From: Candidatus Limnocylindrales bacterium
Lineage (GTDB): Bacteria > Chloroflexota > Limnocylindria > Limnocylindrales > CSP1-4
Assembly (NCBI GenBank): GCA_038320305.1
Contig: JBBQEC010000002.1
Location: 1 to 32,495, forward strand
Direction: 5' to 3'
DNA: 32,495 bases
Shown: positions 7,505-14,910 of the stretch, piece by piece
How positions within the stretch are numbered: position 1 is the first letter of the stretch
Layout of the letters: each line of letters starts with the position of its first letter
Notes under the pieces: model-generated
What the model was told of the DNA's origin: nothing
Databases searched by the model: none
What the model saw: the letters and a program-made list of their open reading frames with translations, nothing else
Made by a program: the position numbers and the translations under genes

Positions 7505-8339
7505 CGGTCGCAACCTGCGCAATCACGGGACCTGCATCCGCCTTGCGCGGCGTGACGCGGATAGGTCCCCAGGGCTCGTCCTGCTCGATCGCCACCTCGC
7601 GTCCCTTGGTCAACTCAAGCAGTGCCAGAAAGGTCACGGCGACGACGATGCGGTCAGTGACGTCGCGGAGCAGATCCTGGAGCACGAATTGCGGCGCCCG
7701 CTGGAGCGCCAGCCGAATGATGGCTGCGCGCTCGTCGAGCGTGATGGTCCGCGCCACGATCTCAGCGGGTGGCGGCGTGGGCGGGACGAGGCGGATCGAC
7801 ACGGCCAGTGCTTCAGCCAGGGACAGAGGATCGAGCGGCGGACCGTCGTCCGGCCGTGCGCCGGCCTTGCCTGCGGCTGCGGCGATGGCCGATTCACGAT
7901 GGAAGAGCGGCATGCTCAGGCCGAGCATCTCGTTCAGCGCGCGGCCCGCATCACGGAACATGCGGTATTCGATCAGCCGCTTGCGCAGCTCTTCCTCTGG
8001 ATCCACCTCGTTCGCAGTCGCGTCGAGCGCGGCGGCCGCGGGCGGCCGCGGCAGCATCGCGCGAGACTTGATCAGGATCAACTGCGAGCAGACCGTGACG
8101 AATGTGCTGAGCAGTGGCAGCCGACCCTTCTCGATGCGCGCCAGGGCGTCCAGATACGCGCCGGCGAGATCGCCCAGGCGCACAGTCAGGACGTCAAGCT
8201 GGCGCTGCTCGATCACGGCCAGCAGTAGCGCCAGCGGACCGTCGAACGACTCGAGTCGAACATGCGTTGCGTCCTCAGGACGGCGTGCATCGCCGAAGCG
8301 GATCTCGACACCTTCGGCTACGCCCAGGGCGACGCTCAA
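7497..8339 (-). CDS. scpA: Segregation and condensation protein A (kleisin)
   Basis: N-terminal LESFDGPLALLLAVIEQRQLDVLTVRLGDLAGAY. C-terminal winged-helix-like VTFLALLELTKGREVAIEQDEPWGPI. TTG start in a TTGA overlap with the HD gene stop. Confidence 0.9.
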   Translation of the reverse strand: MSVALGVAEGVEIRFGDARRPEDATHVRLESFDGPLALLLAVIEQRQLDVLTVRLGDLAGAYLDALARIEKGRLPLLSTFVTVCSQLILIKSRAMLPRPPAAAALDATANEVDPEEELRKRLIEYRMFRDAGRALNEMLGLSMPLFHRESAIAAAAGKAGARPDDGPPLDPLSLAEALAVSIRLVPPTPPPAEIVARTITLDERAAIIRLALQRAPQFVLQDLLRDVTDRIVVAVTFLALLELTKGREVAIEQDEPWGPIRVTPRKADAGPVIAQVATDG

Positions 8340-8827
8340 TTTGCCTGGTCCGCGAGCAGCAGTGCCTGACCGAGCACCGCGTCTACGGGTTCGGCCTGAT
8401 GCCTGATCAGATCGGCGGTCACTTGAGAGCAGCCCGCTGCGAGAGCCATCTCGGCCGATCGCTCGGCATGCACGGCGATCGTCTCAAATGCTCTTGGGTA
8501 ACCGGGAACGCGGAGAAAAGTCCTCTCCAATCGAGGGCCGTAGCGTTCCGAGAGTGACCAGCCCACGCGATGCCAAACGTGAAGATCGCGTCCTTTGCCG
8601 CAATCGTGCAGCAGGCCTGCGAGAAGGAGTCCGTGGTCTTTGTGTCCATCGGCTTTGAGCGCCGCGACGACATCAAGCCCGTGGCGCTGATCGGCGGTGT
8701 GCATCGAGTCGAAGAGTCGCGTCTGGTCGGTGGTAAGCCAGTCGCTCAAGCCCGCTCGCTCGGATGAGCTGACTCGGCCCGTGAAATAGCGCGTGAACCG
8801 GCGGACCTTGGCCGCCCACCAGGACAC
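8336..8827 (-). CDS. HD-domain metal-dependent phosphohydrolase family protein
   Basis: Motif H...DQRHGLDVV...LLAGLLHDCGKG. GTG at 8827 (one nt after the M50 TAG) is preferred. The longest ORF (TTG 8890) would overlap the M50 gene by 62 nt with an Arg/Ser-rich extension. Confidence 0.7.
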   Translation of the reverse strand: MSWWAAKVRRFTRYFTGRVSSSERAGLSDWLTTDQTRLFDSMHTADQRHGLDVVAALKADGHKDHGLLLAGLLHDCGKGRDLHVWHRVGWSLSERYGPRLERTFLRVPGYPRAFETIAVHAERSAEMALAAGCSQVTADLIRHQAEPVDAVLGQALLLADQAN

Positions 8828-8828
8828 G

Positions 8829-9479
8829 CTAGAACCCGAGCAGGAACGTCGTGATCGTATTGCCGATCTGGCCGATGAACGTGGGTGCAAAGAAGATCAG
8901 CAGGATCAGGACCACGAAGCCGTACTGCTCGAACGGTTTGAGGGAGTAGGCAGTCCGGGCGTCCACGAGGCCGAGAAGTGCGCGCCAGCCGTCGAGCGGC
9001 GGGATGGGCAGCAGGTTGAAGATCAGCAGCAGGACGTCGATCTCGACGAACAGGACTGCGACGTTGAAGACAAACCTGGCGGCGTCGTTCGACAGCACCG
9101 TGCCGAGCATGCTCGAGTCGCCCACAATGATGCGCAGAGGAATGGCCACGATCGCGGCCATGATGAGGTTCGAGATCGGGCCGGCCACCGCGACGAGCGC
9201 TTCTCCCTTGCGGCCGAAACGCAGGTTGTAGGGGTTGACCGGAGTCGGCTTTGCCCAGCCGATGCCGAAGCCTGCGAGCAGCACGCTGATGGCCAGGATC
9301 GTGCCACCGACGGGATCGAAATGAACGAGCGGATTGAGCGACAGGCGGCCCTGCCGGCGCGCGGTCGAGTCGCCTAGGCGAAACGCAACCCAGGCATGGC
9401 TGAACTCATGGACCGGAAACGCAACGAGCAGGAATATGGCAACAACCGTGCCGCCCTGGATAAGTGTTGCAGTCGTCAC
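8829..9479 (-). CDS. Site-2-protease-class (peptidase M50-like) integral membrane zinc metalloprotease
   Basis: HExxH as VHEFSHAW inside a TM segment, several further TM helices, and a second ligand region LLPIPPLDG. GTG start in a GTGA overlap. Confidence 0.85.
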   Translation of the reverse strand: MTTATLIQGGTVVAIFLLVAFPVHEFSHAWVAFRLGDSTARRQGRLSLNPLVHFDPVGGTILAISVLLAGFGIGWAKPTPVNPYNLRFGRKGEALVAVAGPISNLIMAAIVAIPLRIIVGDSSMLGTVLSNDAARFVFNVAVLFVEIDVLLLIFNLLPIPPLDGWRALLGLVDARTAYSLKPFEQYGFVVLILLIFFAPTFIGQIGNTITTFLLGF

Positions 9480-10369
9480 AGACGGCCAAGTAGCTCCTGC
9501 TTTTTGGCCTCGTATTCCTCTGGCGTGATTGCGCCGCTGTCGCGCAGATCGGCCAGTCGCGCAAGCGTCTCTGTGACGTCAAGCGATGAGTTCGGTACCT
9601 TGACGGCCGCGGCGGGCGCGGCGGGCGCGTCGTGCATGGCGGGCATCGACGCGGCCGCGGGCGGTGGCGCGTCGGGCGGTGGCATGGGCACGGGCATTGG
9701 CGCCATTGCAGGCGGTGGCGGCGGCGCTGCCTGAGCCATGCCGGGAGGAGGCGCTGCCGGGGCCGTTTGCGGCAGTGGTTGCGCAACCGGCTGAGGAACG
9801 GGCGTCATTGCCGGCTGGCTATCAGCGCGGAGAGGCGGCGTTGGCGGCATCGCCCGGCTGTTGTAGCCGCTTTCAAGAGTGTGCTTCTCGTTGAGCATCG
9901 TCTTCTTGAACTCGATCGGGTCGTGGAGCATGTGATACGTGTCGACCGCCTCTTCGGCTGCGGTCAGGATCGTCAGGTTGCCATAGTTGAGCATGCGACC
10001 CAGCAGGGGCTGCTCGAGAATGGCGTCGTTGATCTTCTCGAGCTCGCTGTCGGCGCTGTGCTTGTTCAGGATGCCGCCCACCTTCAGCAGGCGCCGGTTG
10101 GTCACGATGTACTCCTGCGTGCGCCACTGCCAGAACCGATAAAGGAGCACGATCAGGCCCAGGATCAGCAAGCCAAAGGCCACGTAGCTCGGGATGTCAC
10201 GCGTCAGGCCGGGCCCAATCTTGAAGACGACGACGGCGACGATGAGCACGATCGCCACGATCCACAGAAACAATCCACCACGCGAGCGCGACAGAAGCGA
10301 CAGCCAGTGCTGATGTCCGCGCAGGACGACCTGCTCGCCACTGGTTAACAAGGTGTCGGCGTAACTCAC
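9476..10369 (-). CDS. Membrane protein: two TM helices plus bacterial PH (bPH_2/YdbT-like) domain, ~110-aa Pro/Ala-rich linker, C-terminal SHOCT motif
   Basis: PH-like domain: EYIVTNRRLLKVGGILNKHSADSELEKINDAILEQPLLGRMLNYGNLTI. Linker: PPTPPLRADSQPAMTPVPQPVAQPLPQTAPAAPPPGMAQAAPPPPP.... SHOCT-like end: LARLADLRDSGAITPEEYEAKKQELLGRL. GGAGG lies 6 nt upstream of the GTG start. Confidence 0.8.
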   Translation of the reverse strand: MSYADTLLTSGEQVVLRGHQHWLSLLSRSRGGLFLWIVAIVLIVAVVVFKIGPGLTRDIPSYVAFGLLILGLIVLLYRFWQWRTQEYIVTNRRLLKVGGILNKHSADSELEKINDAILEQPLLGRMLNYGNLTILTAAEEAVDTYHMLHDPIEFKKTMLNEKHTLESGYNSRAMPPTPPLRADSQPAMTPVPQPVAQPLPQTAPAAPPPGMAQAAPPPPPAMAPMPVPMPPPDAPPPAAASMPAMHDAPAAPAAAVKVPNSSLDVTETLARLADLRDSGAITPEEYEAKKQELLGRL

Positions 10370-10385
10370 CGTGGAGCCTCCATGT

Positions 10386-11315
10386 TCAAGCGCGTGGGTG
10401 TGCCCGCGCGTAGACCTGCTTGATTCGCTCCCCCGTCAGATGTGTGTACAGCTGCGTGGTCGTGATGCTCGCGTGTCCTAGCAATTCCTGCACGACGCGC
10501 AGGTCCGCGCCACCCTCGAGCAGGTGCGTGGCGAAGCTGTGGCGAAGCGTATGCGGAGTCACGTGTCCCGTCACGCCGCCCACGAGCGCAGCATGTCGAA
10601 TTGTGCGCCACGCGGCCATTCTGCTGAGGCGAGCGCCGCGCAGGCTGACGAAGATCGGCCCGCCCCGACGCAATGTCGATTTGGGCGCATTGGCGAGAAG
10701 CTGCGGTCGAACGTCAGACAGGTACCGAGCCACCGCGGCGACCGCGATGTCGCCCACGGGAAGCCTGCGCTCGCGGTCGCCCTTGCCGATCACGCGCACT
10801 GTCGCCTCGTCCAGTGACAGGTCCTCCACGTCCAGGTTGAGCGCCTCGCTCACACGCAGGCCGCAGGCATACAGCAGCTCGAGCAGGGCACGATCGCGGA
10901 TACCTGCGGCCGACTCGCTGCTCGGAGCCTCGAGCAACGCCTCGACATCTGCAACGTCGAGCGTGTCGGGCAGAACCTGGGTCGCGCGGGGCAGATCAAG
11001 GAGGCTCGCGACATCGCGCTCGATGACGCCCTCGGCAAAGCAGAAACGATAGAACGCACGTACCGCCGCCGCCTTGCGCCGATGAGTCGCTGGGCGGAGC
11101 ACGCGTGGCGGCTTCGACAGCGAGGCGAGGTAGCCCGTTGCGGCTTGTGCGTCATTTCGCCATGTTTGCCCGGCCTGGGCGGCATGGCGCGCAAATGCAT
11201 GGAGATCGGTCGAATAAGCCGACATCGTCGCCCGCGACAGGCCGCGCTCGACGCGCAGGAAATCGAGGTACGAATCGATCGCGTCGAGCAGCGTGGGATC
11301 CCCGGCCTCGTTCAC
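10386..11315 (-). CDS. xerD: Tyrosine site-specific recombinase, XerD type (chromosome dimer resolution)
   Basis: N-terminal core-binding domain: LDFLRVERGLSRATMSAYSTDL. Catalytic domain: ACGLRVSEALNL...HTLRHSFATHLLEGGADLRVVQELLGHASITTTQLYTH. The XerD versus XerC call is by context (recN upstream, scpAB downstream). Confidence 0.82.
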   Translation of the reverse strand: MNEAGDPTLLDAIDSYLDFLRVERGLSRATMSAYSTDLHAFARHAAQAGQTWRNDAQAATGYLASLSKPPRVLRPATHRRKAAAVRAFYRFCFAEGVIERDVASLLDLPRATQVLPDTLDVADVEALLEAPSSESAAGIRDRALLELLYACGLRVSEALNLDVEDLSLDEATVRVIGKGDRERRLPVGDIAVAAVARYLSDVRPQLLANAPKSTLRRGGPIFVSLRGARLSRMAAWRTIRHAALVGGVTGHVTPHTLRHSFATHLLEGGADLRVVQELLGHASITTTQLYTHLTGERIKQVYARAHPRA

Positions 11316-12955
11316 CGTGTGGCCTCAACCAGGCGCCGCGCGTCGGCCGCCGCCGTGAGCAGAGCGTCGGCGGCGGCTAGGGACGCCTCGGCACCGGCGG
11401 CACCGCCCAACATCTGAGCCAACTCGCCTCGGCGCGCCTCTGTCGACAGTTGCTCGATATCTGTCGTGGTCCGACCGTCACGCTCGGTCTTCTCGATGCG
11501 CAGGTGCTGATCGGCATAGGCGGCAATCTGCGGAAGATGCGTGACGCATACGACCTGATGGTCGCGCGCCAGGCGCCAGAGCATCCGGCCGACGGGATCC
11601 GCAGAACGTCCGCCGATGCCCGCGTCGACCTCGTCGAAGATCAGAGTTGGTGTTTCATCTGCGCGGGCCAGGACGGTCTTGAGTGCGAGGGCGACGCGTG
11701 ACATCTCCCCGCCAGAGGCGATCCGGGCCAGTGGCCGGGCCGGCTCGCCCGGGTTGGGCATGAACACGAACTCGACCTGATCAGCGCCACTCTCGTCTAA
11801 GGGCGCCGCTTTGATGGCCACGGCGAACGCGCCAGCCGGGAAGCCGAGCTCGACGAGCAGGCCTGTCGCCTGATCGGCCAGAACCGCTGCGGCCGCTGTG
11901 CGCACTATCGAGAGCTGCGCGGCGGCGGCGCGCGCGGTGGCTGCGAGTAGATCCTGCTCGGCCGCGCGGCGCGCGCGCTCGGCGTCCAGGCCACGCAGGC
12001 ACTCAGCTTCGGCGCGCGCTCGCCCGCCGTACTCGATCAGTGCCTCGTCTTCGCCATATTTGCGCATGAGGCCGTACAGCACACCCAGTCGCGCCTCTAG
12101 CGCGGCGCTGTCATTGGCCGCGTCCGCAACTGAGTCCTGCCGGCGGCGCAGCTCCAACGCGATGTCGTCCAGCTCAGCCTCGACACCGGCAATCCTGTCG
12201 GCCAGACCGGCTGTCTCGTGATCCAGGCGGGCAAGCTCAATCGCAGACCGCATCGCCTGGGCGACGCCGTCGCGCGCCGATCGACCTTCCGAGGCGAGCA
12301 GGTCGTGCGTCTCCGCGAGCAGGGCAACGATGCGTTGGGCGTTGCCGGCGAGTGCGAGTCGGGCGCGTAGCTCCTCTACCTCGCCCTCGCGCGGCGCGGC
12401 AGCCTCGATCTCGTCGGCAGCGTGCTCGGCGAGCTCGAGCCGGCGCTCGAGCTCGGCAGGATCCAGGGCCAGCTCGCGCAAGGCCGCTTCATTGGCGCGC
12501 ATCCTGGTAACGACTTCAGCCACGGCCGCACGAAGCGCAGCGTGGCCACCAAATGCGTCGAGGACGTCGCGCTGCCATGCCGACGAGAGCAGCCGTTGCT
12601 GCTCGTGCTGGCCGTGGATCTCGATCAGCGGCCCAACAACCTGGGCCAGTCGCGCGGCGGTCACCGTCTCGTCGTCGATGCGCGCGACGCTGCGCCCTTC
12701 ACTGGACACCTCGCGCACGCAGATGAGAGGATCCGGCGCCGCGTCGATGTCAAACAGCGCTTCGACGCGCGCGCCCGCGGCGCCGTGACGCACGAGGCTC
12801 GTATCGGATCGCTCGCCCATGACCAGCCCGAGCGCGTCGATGAGCAACGATTTGCCCGCTCCGGTCTCGCCCGTGATGATCGTCAGGCCCGGTTCGAAAG
12901 CGACACGGACGCGCTCGATGAGCGCCAAATCGCGGACGGCCAGCTCGCGCAGCAT
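11312..12955 (-). CDS. recN: DNA repair protein RecN (SMC-like ATPase)
   Basis: Start set at ATG 12955 (MLRELAVRDLALIERVRVAFEPGLTIITGETGAGKS). Long Ala/Arg/Glu coiled-coil middle. ABC signature ASGGEMSRVALALK and Walker B LIFDEVDAGIGG. The 636-aa longest ORF overlaps nadK and is rejected. Confidence 0.93.
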   Translation of the reverse strand: MLRELAVRDLALIERVRVAFEPGLTIITGETGAGKSLLIDALGLVMGERSDTSLVRHGAAGARVEALFDIDAAPDPLICVREVSSEGRSVARIDDETVTAARLAQVVGPLIEIHGQHEQQRLLSSAWQRDVLDAFGGHAALRAAVAEVVTRMRANEAALRELALDPAELERRLELAEHAADEIEAAAPREGEVEELRARLALAGNAQRIVALLAETHDLLASEGRSARDGVAQAMRSAIELARLDHETAGLADRIAGVEAELDDIALELRRRQDSVADAANDSAALEARLGVLYGLMRKYGEDEALIEYGGRARAEAECLRGLDAERARRAAEQDLLAATARAAAAQLSIVRTAAAAVLADQATGLLVELGFPAGAFAVAIKAAPLDESGADQVEFVFMPNPGEPARPLARIASGGEMSRVALALKTVLARADETPTLIFDEVDAGIGGRSADPVGRMLWRLARDHQVVCVTHLPQIAAYADQHLRIEKTERDGRTTTDIEQLSTEARRGELAQMLGGAAGAEASLAAADALLTAAADARRLVEATR

Positions 12956-12980
12956 CAGGAGATTCTGATGCCCGCGCGGG

Positions 12981-13829
12981 TCACGCGGGCAGCAGTTCCG
13001 CTTTCTGGCGCAGAAGCTCCCAGAAGGGCAGCGCGTGGCTTGGCTCGATGAAGCGTATCGGTCGATCCAGTGCCTGGATTTCGACTTCGTCGCCGGGCTC
13101 GATCGGATAATCGTCCCGACCGTCGATGCTGACGATGCCGGCCGGACCATCGATGATGCGCACTCTGACCTTATGCGTCGGGCTGACCACCACCGACCGC
13201 ACCGAAGCAAGGTAGGCGGCAATGGGAGTCACGACGAGATTGCGTGCCGTTGGATCCAGGATCGGGCCACCGGCGCTGAACGAGTAGGCGGTAGAGCCAG
13301 TCGGCGTGGCGATCACCACGCCGTCGGCGATGTACGTCGCAAGGTGCGAGTCGCCGACGAGAACCTCCATGCGCATTACGCGCGCCTCGCCGCCACGCAC
13401 GATCGCGGCATCGTTGAGCGCCGCGAACCTGCCGCCCTTGTCGCCACTCGTGTTGTTGGCGCCGCGAACCAGGGTCGCCTCGAGCATCATCCGTGCTTCG
13501 ATTTGATACTCGTCGTGAACGAGCTCGCCAAGGGTCGACTCGAGCGCCGCGGGGTCGATCTTGGACAGGAAGCCGATCCGACCCGAGTTCACGCCAAGGA
13601 CGGGGACGTCGACGCGAGCCAGGGCCCGCGCGGCGCGCAGAAAAGTCCCGTCGCCGCCAAGGACGATCAGGCAGTCGGTGTCCGCCAAGCGCGCAACGAG
13701 CGTCTCCGTCTCGCCCGATTCGGCGGCCCACGCCTGTGCGCCGTTCTGCCGGCACCACTCGCCGGCGCGCTCGGCGAGCTCGATCGCGGCCGGCTTGGTG
13801 GGATTGAACGCGAACCCAAAGCGCTTCAC
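12981..13829 (-). CDS. nadK: NAD(+) kinase
   Basis: Motifs: VLGGDGTFL, GVNSGRIGFL, ATPTGSTAYSFSAGGPI. GTG start in a GTGA overlap with the tlyA stop. Confidence 0.93.
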   Translation of the reverse strand: MKRFGFAFNPTKPAAIELAERAGEWCRQNGAQAWAAESGETETLVARLADTDCLIVLGGDGTFLRAARALARVDVPVLGVNSGRIGFLSKIDPAALESTLGELVHDEYQIEARMMLEATLVRGANNTSGDKGGRFAALNDAAIVRGGEARVMRMEVLVGDSHLATYIADGVVIATPTGSTAYSFSAGGPILDPTARNLVVTPIAAYLASVRSVVVSPTHKVRVRIIDGPAGIVSIDGRDDYPIEPGDEVEIQALDRPIRFIEPSHALPFWELLRQKAELLPA

Positions 13830-14596
13830 GAGCCGAGTGCCAGGTGGATGAGGAACTCGACGTTGCCTGCCCGTCCGCGCAATGGAGATTCGATCTCGCC
13901 GCGGACGGCGAATCCGAGCTCTCGCGCAGATTGAGCGACGCGGTCGATGGTTGCGCGGCGCACCGCTGGGTCGCGGACCACGCCCTTTGGCGCATCGGCC
14001 GGATCGGCCTCGAATTGCGGTTTGATGAGCGCCACGACCTCACCGTCGCCGGTCAGCACGGCTTTGACGCCGGGCCAGACGCGCGTGAGCGAGATGAAAG
14101 AGACATCGATGACCGCAAGGCTCACCTGTTCCGGCAGCGTGACATGGTCCCGGGCGCCGGGAAGCAGTCGGGCAGCATGGGTGTGCTCCATCGACACGAC
14201 CCGCGGATCGTTGCGCAACACATCGGCAAGCTGTCCATGGCCCACGTCGAGAGCATAGACGCGGGTCGCACCGCGCTGCAGCAGTACGTCGGTGAAGCCA
14301 CCCGTGGACGCGCCGACATCGAGACAGGTTCGTCCGGCCGTTTCGACGCCGAACGCGTCGAGCGCGGCGGCGAGCTTCTCGCCGCCGCGCGACACAAACG
14401 GTGCGCGTTCAGCGAGCGCGATGTGGGTAGCCTCGTCAACGAGCTCGCCGGGTTTGAGGTTGCTGCGCGCGCCGTCGCCCGTGCCCACACGAACCTGGCC
14501 CGCCAGCACGAGTCGTGTGGCGAAATCGCGGTCAGTGGCAAGTCCGCGCGTGACGACAAGGTCGTCCAGTCGGATACGTGACCTTGACTTGCTCAT
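13826..14596 (-). CDS. tlyA: TlyA-family rRNA 2'-O-methyltransferase (S4-like N-terminus plus FtsJ-like SAM domain)
   Basis: Start set at ATG 14596 (MSKSRSRIRLDDLVVTRGLA...). Motifs: SRGGEKL, DVGASTGGFTDVLLQRGA, DVSFISL. The longest ORF (to 14731) adds a non-conserved-looking extension. Confidence 0.88.
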   Translation of the reverse strand: MSKSRSRIRLDDLVVTRGLATDRDFATRLVLAGQVRVGTGDGARSNLKPGELVDEATHIALAERAPFVSRGGEKLAAALDAFGVETAGRTCLDVGASTGGFTDVLLQRGATRVYALDVGHGQLADVLRNDPRVVSMEHTHAARLLPGARDHVTLPEQVSLAVIDVSFISLTRVWPGVKAVLTGDGEVVALIKPQFEADPADAPKGVVRDPAVRRATIDRVAQSARELGFAVRGEIESPLRGRAGNVEFLIHLALGS

Positions 14597-14910
14597 CTTG
14601 GACACGCCGCCTGCCACTGCCAAGTCTCGCCGGCGACTTTGCAGATCAGCTGCACAGATAGCCCCGTACCGGACCCCAAGCGTTTGTCTGTTGGCACGGA
14701 AAAGCGGCTTTGTCGGTTTCTGAAGGGGCAACTCTGTAAATCAAGCAACAAAGATGTCAGCCTGTCCCGGATGGTGGCACGTCAACGGTCGCTGTGGGGC
14801 CCGAGGTGTGCGAGTGATCTGCAATCTTGCTCGGTAGACGCGACGTGGGCTTGGCATATCGGGAAAAGCGGCGCGAGCCCTGCCATTGGTGGAGGCACCC
14901 CAGGCTGAGG

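Noticed and set aside
10386-11315. Tyrosine recombinase as a marker of an integrated mobile element
   Set aside because: It has full XerC/D-type motifs. It is embedded by a GTGA overlap in the housekeeping recN...scpAB array. There are no flanking repeats, tRNA target or phage/transposon genes.
12956-13060. LexA/SOS box upstream of recN
   Set aside because: I could not find a GAAC-N4-GTTC-type palindrome. Only partial strings are present (GTTCCGCTTTCTGG).
12956-13222. N-terminal extensions in the longest-ORF calls: recN to 13222, tlyA to 14731, ruvX to 23514, FtsA-like to 26631, DUF948-like to 30191, small TM protein to 30535, mnmA to 31737, HD to 8890
   Set aside because: The extensions overlap the upstream gene by tens to hundreds of nt and are Arg/Ser/Cys-rich. 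They also precede canonical family N-termini that coincide with NTGA-type coupled start codons.
14691-14708. Sigma-54-like -24/-12 element (TTGGCACGGAAAAGC)
   Set aside because: The GG-to-GC spacing is one nt short of the consensus TGGCACG-N4-TTGC. It points antisense into dxs, and the second repeat copy does not fit at all.
14755-14800. Possible SRP (4.5S) RNA domain IV-like stretch (cctgtcccggatggtggcac) in the dxs-tlyA spacer
   Set aside because: It lacks the GNAR tetraloop and the conserved AGCAG / GGAAG symmetric-loop residues. The resemblance is superficial.
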